Below are positions 36,270-46,249 of a stretch of 62,634 nucleotides of DNA, in pieces; position 1 is the first letter of the stretch, and every line of letters starts with the position of its first letter. The notes beneath the pieces were generated by a model. That model did no database searches. It worked only from the letters and a program-made list of their open reading frames with translations, and was not told where the DNA came from. The translations under genes were made by a program, and so were the position numbers. This DNA comes from Methanobacteriota archaeon (GTDB taxonomy: Archaea > Thermoplasmatota > Poseidoniia > Poseidoniales > Poseidoniaceae), in NCBI GenBank assembly GCA_018667575.1, contig JABIUA010000017.1, positions 1 through 62,634 of the forward strand. The letters run 5' to 3'.

Positions 36270-39074
36270 ATGTCAGGAGGATATCGTCAACAACCCAATT
36301 CAGCGCGTAAAGATGGCAAGCGCGTAGCGGGTAAGCAGGTATTCCCTCCTCCAGGGGCTGGCGGTTCAGACCCGGTTATGAAAGAAAGGGATTTGAATTT
36401 CATACCAGAATCGGTCGGCGGTAAAGAACCTCAACCTGCCGGTTCCCATATTCATGATAGAATAAGAACAGGCACTATAGTCGGTAAGCCACTGCCGCTC
36501 GTAGATTCTAATGCCAAGGTTACAGGTCAAGCTTGGTACGGTGATGATGTTAGATTAGCCAATGAATCGATTGGAAAGATATTACGTTCACCTCACCATT
36601 ATGCAAAGATAATTTCTATTGATACCTCGAAAGTCGAGGCTCTCCCAGGAGTAATTGCTGTAGCAACGGGGGCAGATTCTCCTAATAGTTTTGGAGTTTT
36701 GCCAGTTACAAAAGATGAACATGCAATGGCTGTTGAGAAAGTTCGCCACATGGGAGACTTGGTTGCCTGTGTTAGTGCAATTGATGAAGCAACGGCGATT
36801 GAAGCACTGGGTCTCTTTGAGATTGAATGGGAGATTTTAGAACCAGTATTTGACCCAAAAAAGGGGCTGGAAGACACCGATGAACCCATACACTGGAGAG
36901 GTAAGTACCACCTTGCAAAAACCAATGTACAAAAAAGAGTATTCCAAGAATTTGGCGATCGTTCTTTGGTTGAAAATCCATTTTCTTCTTCTCATGGTAA
37001 GTGGACTATGGCCGGAGTCCACCACGGTTTTACAGAACCACATGCAGTAGTTGCTCACTGGGACCCAAATGGCCGTTTACAGTTATACACGCCTCAACAA
37101 GTCCCCCATTATACTCATAGAGCACTATCTACAGTTCTAGATGTCCCTATGCATCAAATAAACGTCATACGAACATTTGTTGGCGGTGGATTTGGTGGAA
37201 AGTCTGACCCCTTCCCTCACGAAATGTGTGCAGCAATCCTTGCAAGAAAATCAGGTCGGCCAGTACGAATTACATTTGATAGAGAAGAAGTTTATTGGAT
37301 AAATCGTGGTCGTCACCCGAGTAATATCGAAGTGAAAATGTCAGCAGACAAAGAAGGTAGAATTTCAGGATTTGATATTGATGCTTTGATTGATGGAGGT
37401 GGCTTTGCTTCCTTTGGACACGTCACCTCTTATTACAACGGAGTTTTAGCAACCGCACCTTATGAATTAGGTTCTTTTCACTATACAGGTGCAAGAGTTT
37501 GGACCAATAAGCCAGCATCTGGTGCTATGCGAGGCCACGGTGCAGTCAATACTCGTTGTGCGGTTGAGGTTGGCCTTGATGAAATGGCTGAACAGATGAA
37601 TGTAGATCCAATTGACCTCAGACTGGCTAACCTGTTACCACCACACAGTAGGACAATTACAGGATTTAGAATCACCTCTAATGGGATGAGAGAAGCCCTT
37701 GAGAGAGTCAGAGAAGGTTCAGATTGGGACAATAAATTCCGTAAATTACCATTAGGAAAAGGAATTGGAATCGGTTGTGGATTTTTCATTTCAGGATCAG
37801 GATTACCTATTCACTGGGACCCAAATCGATTCCCTCACGCAACAGTCCACATTCAGGTTGATATGGACGGTGGCGTAACAGTTCACACTGGTGCAGCAGA
37901 TATCGGTCAAGGTTCTACAACAGCCGTTGCACAAGTCGTATCAGAAGTATTAGCACTTCCAATAGAGATGATTCATGTAAGAAGTCACGAAAGTGATACA
38001 TCTCCTGTGGACTTAGGTTCTTATTCGAGTCGAGTAACTTTCATGAATGCTAACGCAGCGATAAGAGCGGCGCTTGACATTAGGGAGAAATTACTTGATG
38101 CTGCATGGGATATTCTAGGATATCATCCAAATACTCTTATTATTAACGACAGAAGAATTTACTACAAGCATGACCCTGCAATTGGAGTTTCTTATCTCCA
38201 AGCATTACATAAGGCCCAAGAAGACAAAGGCGCTCTAATTTCTAGTGGCTCTTACCGCTCACCTCCAATGGGTGGAGTTCACAAGGGAGCAGCAGCAGGG
38301 CTAGCTCCAGCATATTCATTCTCGGCTTATGTTGCTGAAGTCGATGTAGATATCGAATTAGGTCTAATCAAGTGTACCAACGTATGGGCAGCCCACGATT
38401 GTGGTAAAGCGCTTAACCCATTGGCAGTCAAAGGCCAAATAATCGGCTCTTGCCACATGGGGCTAGGACAAGTTCTTTCAGAAAAGATGGTTTATGGAAG
38501 AACTGGTCATTTACAGAATGCAAATCTACTCGAGTATAAGATTCCTTCAATTCATGAGATGCCTCATGTTGAACCAATTATCGTTGAATCTAGTGACCCT
38601 GAAGGCCCATTTGGTGCTAAAGAAGCGGGAGAAGGTCCTCTTCTCCCAATATTACCTGCAGTGGTAAATGCTGTATATGATGCAATTGGAATTAGATACA
38701 ATGATCTACCTCTTACTCCTGATATAGTTTTCAAAGGCGTGGAGAAGAAGAGAAAGAAGTTAAACTTAGAAGAGGCAACAGACCTCCCATCTCCAAGATT
38801 CACTCATGGTCCAAAGAGTATTGAACTTCAAAAAGCACTTGTCAAGCGTTCGGAAGAGCACAAAAAGAGGGACCTAGCAAGACAGAAGACAGAAGATACT
38901 TCACCGTATGTCAACGGAGTATTATTCGGCTTTGACCCAAATATTCCATTAGAAGACCAAGTTGAAGGCTGGCGTATGGCTACAGAGCCTGACCCGGAGC
39001 AACTTGCTGAACTTGGTCTTGCAGGTAAGGCTTGGCTGAAGAAAGAGCAGAGACACATGGGAGGCGAAGAATAA
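36270..39074 (+). CDS. hcrA: Molybdopterin-binding subunit, 4-hydroxybenzoyl-CoA reductase alpha-like
   Basis: GGGFGGK, PASGAMRGHG, DIGQGS, GSYSSRVT, AHDCGKALNP, GAKEAGEG. ATG 36270 follows a GGTGA SD. Confidence 0.8.
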   Translation: MSGGYRQQPNSARKDGKRVAGKQVFPPPGAGGSDPVMKERDLNFIPESVGGKEPQPAGSHIHDRIRTGTIVGKPLPLVDSNAKVTGQAWYGDDVRLANESIGKILRSPHHYAKIISIDTSKVEALPGVIAVATGADSPNSFGVLPVTKDEHAMAVEKVRHMGDLVACVSAIDEATAIEALGLFEIEWEILEPVFDPKKGLEDTDEPIHWRGKYHLAKTNVQKRVFQEFGDRSLVENPFSSSHGKWTMAGVHHGFTEPHAVVAHWDPNGRLQLYTPQQVPHYTHRALSTVLDVPMHQINVIRTFVGGGFGGKSDPFPHEMCAAILARKSGRPVRITFDREEVYWINRGRHPSNIEVKMSADKEGRISGFDIDALIDGGGFASFGHVTSYYNGVLATAPYELGSFHYTGARVWTNKPASGAMRGHGAVNTRCAVEVGLDEMAEQMNVDPIDLRLANLLPPHSRTITGFRITSNGMREALERVREGSDWDNKFRKLPLGKGIGIGCGFFISGSGLPIHWDPNRFPHATVHIQVDMDGGVTVHTGAADIGQGSTTAVAQVVSEVLALPIEMIHVRSHESDTSPVDLGSYSSRVTFMNANAAIRAALDIREKLLDAAWDILGYHPNTLIINDRRIYYKHDPAIGVSYLQALHKAQEDKGALISSGSYRSPPMGGVHKGAAAGLAPAYSFSAYVAEVDVDIELGLIKCTNVWAAHDCGKALNPLAVKGQIIGSCHMGLGQVLSEKMVYGRTGHLQNANLLEYKIPSIHEMPHVEPIIVESSDPEGPFGAKEAGEGPLLPILPAVVNAVYDAIGIRYNDLPLTPDIVFKGVEKKRKKLNLEEATDLPSPRFTHGPKSIELQKALVKRSEEHKKRDLARQKTEDTSPYVNGVLFGFDPNIPLEDQVEGWRMATEPDPEQLAELGLAGKAWLKKEQRHMGGEE

Positions 39075-40042
39075 TGCTAATGCCTCCGTTTATCCTACAT
39101 CATCCAAGTTCGGTTGAAGAGGCTTGTAGTATTGCTTCTGAATTGATTGAGAGGGGTGAAGACTTTGATTGGGTCTCGGGTGGTACTGATTTATTGGCCA
39201 ATTATAAATGGCGAATTAATACTAAACCAAATGTCATCTCTTTATCCAAGATACCAGGTATTGATACCGTTTCAGATTTAGAAATTGGATGCATGGCTCG
39301 ATTATCAAATTTAGAAGGTTCAAATGTACATCCAATGATCGCTGAGGCAGCTGGAAAAGTCGCTTCATCATTAATTCGTAAAAGCGCAACTTTGGGAGGT
39401 AATCTCTGCCTTGATACCAGATGCTTTTGGTATAACCAAAGCGAGGACTGGCGTCGCTCGATTGAATGGTGTCATAAAGCAGATTGTGGGACTGGTGCGG
39501 ACTGTCGAGTGATTCCAAATCAAAACACTTTGTGTGTAGCTACTTACCAAGGCGATATAGCGCCTGTTTTGATGGTACTCGGTGCTTCTGTACACTTGAT
39601 TGGTCCTAACGGTGAAAGAGTAATTCCGTTGTCCGAATTTTATCAGTTAGATGGAATGAAGAAGAACGTACTTGAGAATGGCGAATTTTTACTCAAAGTA
39701 TCTCTTCCAGAGGATTCTCTAAGCAGAGTAGGCTCATATCAGAAGTTGAGGGTTAGAGACTCATGGGACTTCCCGGAAGCAGGTGTTGCCGCATCATGGA
39801 TTGAAGGAGATAGAAGTTCAATAAAGGTGGCCACAACTGCTCTTGAATCAATTCCAAGAATCCACACAGAGGAAGTGAGTCAAATTATTGAGCAAGGGTG
39901 GGATGATGAGAAGTCTGTAAAATCCTTGGCAGGTGTAATTAGAAAAAGTGTTAAGCCAGTGAACAACACTGCTTTACCCCCTAATTATCGTCGCTCAGTG
40001 GTACGAGTTTTGATAAAAAGAGCATTTTCACAAATGAAATGA
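39074..40042 (+). CDS. hcrB: FAD/[4Fe-4S] subunit, 4-hydroxybenzoyl-CoA reductase beta-like
   Basis: GGTDL; ATLGGNLCLDTRCFWYNQSEDWR...C...C...C...CVATYQGDIAP (HcrB-type Cys insertion). Confidence 0.82.
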   Translation: MLMPPFILHHPSSVEEACSIASELIERGEDFDWVSGGTDLLANYKWRINTKPNVISLSKIPGIDTVSDLEIGCMARLSNLEGSNVHPMIAEAAGKVASSLIRKSATLGGNLCLDTRCFWYNQSEDWRRSIEWCHKADCGTGADCRVIPNQNTLCVATYQGDIAPVLMVLGASVHLIGPNGERVIPLSEFYQLDGMKKNVLENGEFLLKVSLPEDSLSRVGSYQKLRVRDSWDFPEAGVAASWIEGDRSSIKVATTALESIPRIHTEEVSQIIEQGWDDEKSVKSLAGVIRKSVKPVNNTALPPNYRRSVVRVLIKRAFSQMK

Positions 40043-40051
40043 GTTGATTTA

Positions 40052-40999
40052 ATGAAGTTTAAAGTAGGTTTGATAATTATCTTATTCTTGTTACCAATTA
40101 CAGCATTGTCAGTTGGTGCCCAAGATCAACTACAAATGCCATCCTGGGAATTGGGTTGGGATGAGGATATGGACGGTACTCATACGCTAAAATTAGTAAA
40201 TGGAGACGAGATTGAAGATGAATTGATTATTTTCATAGATAATCAACGAATGTCGGATTTGAATATTGAGTTGACAGTTGAGTGGGATTCTAGTGATATA
40301 CCTATTGAACTGGACTATCAAGAGAGCATTACAATTAGTGGCTCGACCAATGAAACTATTACTATCACTCTAAAAAATGAGAATGGATATGTGTATGAGA
40401 GGTCGCCTAATAGCACTATGGTTATTTCAGTTACTGCAGACGAAGTAGCCTTAGAACAAAGCACTAGCAATCAAAATATCGAGGCAGATGTCGAAATTCC
40501 AGAAGTCTATGATTTAGTAGTGGGAGCTACCAGCCGAGGCGAAAACTTGTTTGCAGGCTCATTTATCGAATATGATTTCAATATCGAGAATATGGGTAAC
40601 TCAGATGATGCTGTTGACAATCCTATGGTGAGTATTAGGTCATGTCCAAATTTAGATGTTGAAAACTTTGATGATTTAGATGGTCAAGTAATCGCAGTGG
40701 GCCAAAACTTTCAAACCAAATTGAAATTAATCGCTTCTACGGCACATCCAGATAGAACCTGTGAAGTTACTCTTTCGATTGATTCTTCGGGTAATCAACT
40801 AACTAGTAGCATCACTATCGAAATCGAAGTTACAGCAGTCGATAGTACGGCAGATGATTCGGATCAAAATAATAATGATAATTCGCAATCTGATGAGTCT
40901 ACAGAACTTACAGAATCTAGTTCCCTTCCATTCCTATCTTTTGTTGAATTTATTTCAGTTACATTAGTGGCAAATTCGATATTCCTACGCCGTAAATAA
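40052..40999 (+). CDS. Secreted Ig-like-domain surface protein with C-terminal anchor
   Basis: Signal peptide, ENMGNSDD beta-sandwich motif, Asp/Asn linker, SLPF + TM + RRK. Confidence 0.72.
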   Translation: MKFKVGLIIILFLLPITALSVGAQDQLQMPSWELGWDEDMDGTHTLKLVNGDEIEDELIIFIDNQRMSDLNIELTVEWDSSDIPIELDYQESITISGSTNETITITLKNENGYVYERSPNSTMVISVTADEVALEQSTSNQNIEADVEIPEVYDLVVGATSRGENLFAGSFIEYDFNIENMGNSDDAVDNPMVSIRSCPNLDVENFDDLDGQVIAVGQNFQTKLKLIASTAHPDRTCEVTLSIDSSGNQLTSSITIEIEVTAVDSTADDSDQNNNDNSQSDESTELTESSSLPFLSFVEFISVTLVANSIFLRRK

Positions 41000-41183
41000 G
41001 CAACTGTTATTTTTGTACCTACAGGCTGGTACAACCATTGTTTTTAGCGTAGCAGCCGAATGCTTTTATTCTTAAAAACCGTTGTATTAACTCGCCCATT
41101 GATGGACAAGCATTATGAGTGGAGAGAAGTTCCGCCGTTTATTGGTGTGTATTATTAGCGCTTAGTTAGGGAAGGGATTGATT

Positions 41184-42776
41184 ATGGCAGAAGAAATAAA
41201 AACCAAAATTAGCCTCGAAACCTGGCTGAAAGTTGGATTTATGTCTTCTCTTTTACTTTCAATAATCGTCATCAGTTTAGTCAGTTTAAACAAGGAAACT
41301 GTATTTTCACCTTATGAGGAAAGTTTAGAATTATCGAATCTGCAATTGACTGAGATGAGAAATACTCTCGGTTCGGATGGAGAGGGATATTCAATTGCCA
41401 ATACTATGTCTACTCCTATGCTGGTGAATGATTGGAAAGATCCACACCGAACTATGCTAGTTATTGCCGCACCAGAGAAACCCTTTGATGCAGCTGAGGC
41501 TTCATCGATATTTGATTTTGTAACAAACAAGGGCGGTAAGGTTATTCTTGCAGCAAACTCTACCAATGCTCAACTAGTTGCTTCAGAGTTCGGCGTCAAA
41601 TATTTCGATGCACCCGTAGTTGACCCATTTCAGTATTACGAAGTAGTAGATGAAAATGAGGAAGTTCTAATGCCAGACCAGAGAAAACTTTGGGCTGCAG
41701 CAAGTATCAACAGGGATGTTACTGAGATGGGTGATGAAAGGTCAATTCCGTGCTCAGAAAATAATATTGCAAATTCTCAAGTCGAAAATTGTAGAATGCC
41801 TGTTCTTTTCCACAGAGCAACAGCGATTCAAGTATTAGATGACGATGTAGATGAAGATAGAGAAGTAAAGGTTCTTGCTCATGCATCAACACCTGCATTT
41901 GTGGCAAGATATGATATGGATGTCAATAATAGAAATAATCCAGTTCTTGGTGAAGGTAAAACCGGACTAATAATTAGAATCGATTACCCAGTAAAGGATG
42001 TACTAGATGAGCAACCAAACAATGATTACGGTAAAGTCGATGTTACTGGTTCAATTGTTTTTGTTTCAGATCACTCCGTTTTAGCAAATCATCTATGGGA
42101 TGAGCAGTTGGGTCTTGAAACTGGAAAGCAACAATGTAATTCTCAATATTACTCATCAAATAAATTAGAGGAATCACACTCCTGCTGGGATTCTTCAAAT
42201 GGTCTTTCCTCGACATACGGAGATACCACATGGAGAGGGAATAGTCAATATTTCTCTGCATTAATTTATGATATGATGGAATTTGACAATAAGGAGATTT
42301 CCACTACTGTTACTAGATTCCCATCTGAATTTAATATGGTCTTTGATGAAAGCAGACACGTATCTAGTGCTTTGTCTTCACCTTTCACTGAAGCAATAGG
42401 TGCTATTGTTCTCTTGACTAGCGACAATGTGCTAAAATGGTTAATCATTCTCAATCTATTCGCATTGTTGGCAATTGCCATAATGGTTGTCCCAGAGAAA
42501 GAAAACTGGCGTCATGTGTTTGATTTGACACGTTTTAGAGAGAGGCCAAAGAAGATAGATTCTTCTCAATACCAACTTAGAACCAAAGAGGCATTTTTAT
42601 CCAAAGTGCGTCAATTCAATGACTTGACAAGAGATGAATTTGTTAGAAAAACCCCAGCGGAAATAATGCACATGGTGCGTGACCCGCGACTCGTCGAACT
42701 AATCAGTTCGAACCGTTCCTACTCCAACGAAGAATTAAGGGAAATAATCCCACAGATTCGGCGTTGGGGCAATTGA
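41184..42776 (+). CDS. DUF4350-like membrane protein of the MoxR operon
   Basis: FVTNKGGKVILA, IVFVSDHSVLAN, VFDESRH; N- and C-terminal TM. Confidence 0.7.
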   Translation: MAEEIKTKISLETWLKVGFMSSLLLSIIVISLVSLNKETVFSPYEESLELSNLQLTEMRNTLGSDGEGYSIANTMSTPMLVNDWKDPHRTMLVIAAPEKPFDAAEASSIFDFVTNKGGKVILAANSTNAQLVASEFGVKYFDAPVVDPFQYYEVVDENEEVLMPDQRKLWAAASINRDVTEMGDERSIPCSENNIANSQVENCRMPVLFHRATAIQVLDDDVDEDREVKVLAHASTPAFVARYDMDVNNRNNPVLGEGKTGLIIRIDYPVKDVLDEQPNNDYGKVDVTGSIVFVSDHSVLANHLWDEQLGLETGKQQCNSQYYSSNKLEESHSCWDSSNGLSSTYGDTTWRGNSQYFSALIYDMMEFDNKEISTTVTRFPSEFNMVFDESRHVSSALSSPFTEAIGAIVLLTSDNVLKWLIILNLFALLAIAIMVVPEKENWRHVFDLTRFRERPKKIDSSQYQLRTKEAFLSKVRQFNDLTRDEFVRKTPAEIMHMVRDPRLVELISSNRSYSNEELREIIPQIRRWGN

Positions 42777-42797
42777 AAATAATAGGAGGAAATAGAC

Positions 42798-43976
42798 ATG
42801 CAACCAGCCCCCCCACACCAGCCCGCGCCAGCGCAACCAGGAATGCCAGCACCACCAATGCCAGCAGCACCAATGCCAGCAGCACCTGCAGCACCAATGC
42901 CAGCAGCACCTGCAGCACCAATGCCAGCAGCACCTGCAGCACCAATGCCAGCAGCACCAATGCCAGCAGCACCTGTAGCACCGGCCGCTCCGGCCCAGCC
43001 GAAGCACCAGAGTACACCCGAGGTCCGAGAACGCCTTTCCGCCGTAGGTGCGATTGCTCAAGCAATCAGCGCCGAGGTCCAGAAAGTAATTATCGGTAAG
43101 GTCCACGTTATTGAAAACGTGATGATCAACATCCTTTCCGGCGGTAACCTTCTGTTCGAAGATTATCCTGGTTTGGCTAAGACTCTGATGACTAACACAT
43201 TCGCCGATGCACTCGGTTGCGATTTCAAGCGTGTTCAATTTACGCCTGACTTGCTACCGGCTGATATCACTGGTACAAACATCTATGATGCTAAGAAAGG
43301 AGAATTTACTTTCAAGCCAGGGCCATTGTTCTGTAACCTTCTACTAGCTGACGAGATTAACCGTGCTCCGCCAAAGACTCAAGCTGCTTTGCTTGAGGCT
43401 ATGCAAGAGAAGCAAGTTACAATCGGTACTGTTACACACAAATTACCAGCACCGTTCCTTGTTATGGCAACTCAAAATCCTGTCGAGCAAGAAGGTACCT
43501 ATCCACTTCCTGAAGCGCAACTTGATCGATTTATGTTCAAGATGTCTGTAGGATATCCTGACAGAGCTGATGAAGACGAAATTCTAGCACGACGTATTTC
43601 TCGTGGTAAAGATGCTGTTGATGTAGATGTTATTACTGACCCACAGAGAGTTATTGCAATGCAACAAGCTTGTGAAGATGTATATGTTGACCCAGCAATT
43701 AGAATGTATATGGTAGAAGTAGTATCTCGTACAAGAGAAGACCCACGAGTTCTAGTTGGTTCTTCTCCTCGTGGTTCTCAGGCTCTACTAAAGACAGCTC
43801 GTGCTGCTGCTGCCCTAAGAGGTCGCGACTTCGTCACACCAGATGATGTCAAACAAATTGCAGAACTTGCGCTAGCTCACAGAATCATTCTAAAGCCGGA
43901 ACATCAAATCAAGGGATTAGAGTCCGGAGAAGTTATTCAAACAATTCTTCGTGAAGTTCCAGTTCCTACAGTTTGA
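42798..43976 (+). CDS. moxR: MoxR family AAA+ ATPase with Pro/Ala-rich N-terminus
   Basis: DYPGLAKT, RVQFTPDLLPADITG, LLADEINRAPPKTQAALLEAM, ATQNPVEQEGTYPLPEAQLDRF. Confidence 0.95.
   Translation: MQPAPPHQPAPAQPGMPAPPMPAAPMPAAPAAPMPAAPAAPMPAAPAAPMPAAPMPAAPVAPAAPAQPKHQSTPEVRERLSAVGAIAQAISAEVQKVIIGKVHVIENVMINILSGGNLLFEDYPGLAKTLMTNTFADALGCDFKRVQFTPDLLPADITGTNIYDAKKGEFTFKPGPLFCNLLLADEINRAPPKTQAALLEAMQEKQVTIGTVTHKLPAPFLVMATQNPVEQEGTYPLPEAQLDRFMFKMSVGYPDRADEDEILARRISRGKDAVDVDVITDPQRVIAMQQACEDVYVDPAIRMYMVEVVSRTREDPRVLVGSSPRGSQALLKTARAAAALRGRDFVTPDDVKQIAELALAHRIILKPEHQIKGLESGEVIQTILREVPVPTV
42858..42974 (+). repeat. In-frame tandem repeat (three 24-bp units at 42873-42944 plus 15-bp units) encoding MPAAP(AAP)
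   Basis: ATGCCAGCAGCACCTGCAGCACCA at 42873, 42897 and 42921; ATGCCAGCAGCACCA at 42858 and 42945. Confidence 0.9.
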
Positions 43977-44000
43977 GAGAAATTTCAGGAGTTTTAGCCT

Positions 44001-45314
44001 ATGTGGAGCCGTAAATCAGCGATGTTGGGTAGTTTAGCCGTGGCAATGTATTTGCTTGGGCTCACTCTACGTAACGAACAATTGGTTACAATTGCAGTCG
44101 TTGTGTTTGTTTTCTTGACATGGGCAGCACTATTTGGAGGCCATGCTGATGTTGCATCATCAGGCCGACGAGCTGAGGAATGGAGTGGAGAAGAAGGACT
44201 GGCACTGAGTAGTGTCTCAGCAATGAGAAAGCTTTCTAGCGCTAGGTTGTTCGAAGATGGCGAACTCAGTGTCACACTGAGAATGCAGAATGAATCTCCG
44301 TTACCTAAGATTTTAGAAGTTAAAGACAGAGTACCAGAAGTTATGAGAATTAAGGAAGGTTCTAACTATATTCTTATGGAACTTGGACCTAGAAGAGAGA
44401 CATTCATTGAATATACATTAGAATGTCCTCTTAGAGGATTTTACAGTATAGGTCCAGTTGCAGTTAGAATTCAAGATCCATTCGGTTTATTCCACAAGGA
44501 AAAAGAAATGCATGTCTACGACGATTTCCTTGTCTTCCCTAAGATGGAAGATTTGAAAGACACCTTTGTCAAGTCTAGAGTTCCTAAGATTTTCACTGGT
44601 GCAGTCAACATACGTCAACCTGGTCCAGGTTCGGAATTTTATTCTCTAAGAGAATACTTTGATGGTGATTCATTTAGAGCGATTAACTGGGCTGCTTATG
44701 CAAGGTCTGGTAAATTGATGGTTAACGAAAGAGAGAGAGATGCAGTATCCGATGTAATTATCATCGTAGATTCCAGGGCAGTTGCAGAAACAGGTCCAGT
44801 CTCTAGGAATGCTCTGGTTTATTCTACTAGAGCAGCAGCCTCACTCGCTAAGTTTTTCCTTGGTCGACGTGACTCCGTTGGAGTAGTAGTTTATGGGGAT
44901 GAAGTTGTGAGTGTCGACAGAGATACAGGTAAGAAGCAGCTATATGTTATTTTGACCAAGTTGGCAGGCGCTGTTGCTAGAGGAAATATTCCTCTTCAAG
45001 TTGTGGTAAACAGAATACTTCCTCACATCAATAAGGGTAGTCCGATAATTTTCTTGTCTAACCTAGAAGATGACCCTACAATTGTCAATGCTCTAAGAGA
45101 CTTTAGGGCTAGAGACTTTGATGTTACAGTTCTATCACCATCTTCACTCGAATTTGAATTCGATGCAAAGAGAATTGATAGGACCGGATATGAAGTGATG
45201 AAGACAGAGAGAGATGTTTTGATTAGTGAACTTCGTGGTCTAGGGGTTAATATCATGGATTGGGAGCCAGATATGCTCCTGTCAACCGCCCTTGCAGGTG
45301 CAAGAGGATTCTGA
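44001..45314 (+). CDS. DUF58 / vWA-like MoxR partner protein
   Basis: LRGFYSIGP, DPFGL, GSEFYSLREYFDGDSFRAINW, IIVDS. Confidence 0.9.
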   Translation: MWSRKSAMLGSLAVAMYLLGLTLRNEQLVTIAVVVFVFLTWAALFGGHADVASSGRRAEEWSGEEGLALSSVSAMRKLSSARLFEDGELSVTLRMQNESPLPKILEVKDRVPEVMRIKEGSNYILMELGPRRETFIEYTLECPLRGFYSIGPVAVRIQDPFGLFHKEKEMHVYDDFLVFPKMEDLKDTFVKSRVPKIFTGAVNIRQPGPGSEFYSLREYFDGDSFRAINWAAYARSGKLMVNERERDAVSDVIIIVDSRAVAETGPVSRNALVYSTRAAASLAKFFLGRRDSVGVVVYGDEVVSVDRDTGKKQLYVILTKLAGAVARGNIPLQVVVNRILPHINKGSPIIFLSNLEDDPTIVNALRDFRARDFDVTVLSPSSLEFEFDAKRIDRTGYEVMKTERDVLISELRGLGVNIMDWEPDMLLSTALAGARGF

Positions 45315-45325
45315 GGTGATTATGT

Positions 45326-46249
45326 ATGACAATGAATAAACCATCTGGAGATACAAGTCATCTATATGATGGAAAGACTGTTCGTTCCTCTGCTCCTTCG
45401 AGAAAGAAGCTTGCAGGTCAAGCAGGCTTAGGCAGTGAAATTCCTAAAGATGCAATTCCTAAAGTTGAAATCCCTAGTTTTATTGAGAGTTTACTGGGTG
45501 GACCACTTGTCACTAAGATGAAATTCCTAGCACCAGATAGAATGGTACAAAATTTACAACTAGGAGTCTATGGAGTTCTAGTTGCATTATCTCTGATGAC
45601 TTACATGGTGTCTCCTCCAGAAGGAACCATTTGGTATATGGTTACAGGGAATTTAGCAATCGCTTTTATTATGCAATTATTGATTATTGCAGTTGCTGCA
45701 GGTACAGGTTTTTGGGGTACATTCCAAAGAGATGGAAGATATACCCTTATCAGTAATTTATTATTCATATTAGCAATTCTCAGATTTGCGGCTTCCAAGG
45801 TTTCCTTGGCAAGCGATCCATTTGGATTACAGGATAGCGCTACAATGCTAAATATTTTGGTTGTTGTTTACGCAGTATTATTGGTTATGTACTTCGAATT
45901 GGCTAACGGTGTAATTAGGTATTCAATGCTTGATACAAGTATTAGAACAAATGAAGTTTATGTCATGAATCCTAAGAAAATAGTTAGTAAATATCATCGC
46001 TCATTAATCATCAATCCAATAGTTGCTGGTGTACTTGCAATTATTGTTCTATCAGCAAATACAATTCTACCATTGATTGTTGGTATTTTCTCATCAGATA
46101 CTGCCTTGAGAATGGAGGAATCAGTCGAACTTATCTCTGTTTATGGAGTTGCTTTGGGAACTTTCTTTGTATTCTGCATCGTAGGCGGATTATTTGCTCT
46201 TAACCTTCCTAATCATCTTCAAAGATTCCGTGAGAAGAGAGCAGATTGA
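45326..46249 (+). CDS. Polytopic membrane protein (MoxR operon)
   Basis: About 6 TM; SD GAGGTGA upstream; co-oriented with the operon. Confidence 0.7.
   Translation: MTMNKPSGDTSHLYDGKTVRSSAPSRKKLAGQAGLGSEIPKDAIPKVEIPSFIESLLGGPLVTKMKFLAPDRMVQNLQLGVYGVLVALSLMTYMVSPPEGTIWYMVTGNLAIAFIMQLLIIAVAAGTGFWGTFQRDGRYTLISNLLFILAILRFAASKVSLASDPFGLQDSATMLNILVVVYAVLLVMYFELANGVIRYSMLDTSIRTNEVYVMNPKKIVSKYHRSLIINPIVAGVLAIIVLSANTILPLIVGIFSSDTALRMEESVELISVYGVALGTFFVFCIVGGLFALNLPNHLQRFREKRAD

Noticed and set aside
36270..39074. Aerobic CO dehydrogenase (coxL)
   Set aside because: The active-site loop is GAMRGHG, not AYxCSFR, and the gene order and beta-subunit insertion fit HcrCAB.
42703..43238. Cys/Trp/His-rich (CCWHWCCR) and VLLAL-repeat ORFs; also considered as CRISPR-like repeats
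   Set aside because: Shadow frames of the MPAAP repeat in moxR; the repeats are contiguous with no unique spacers.
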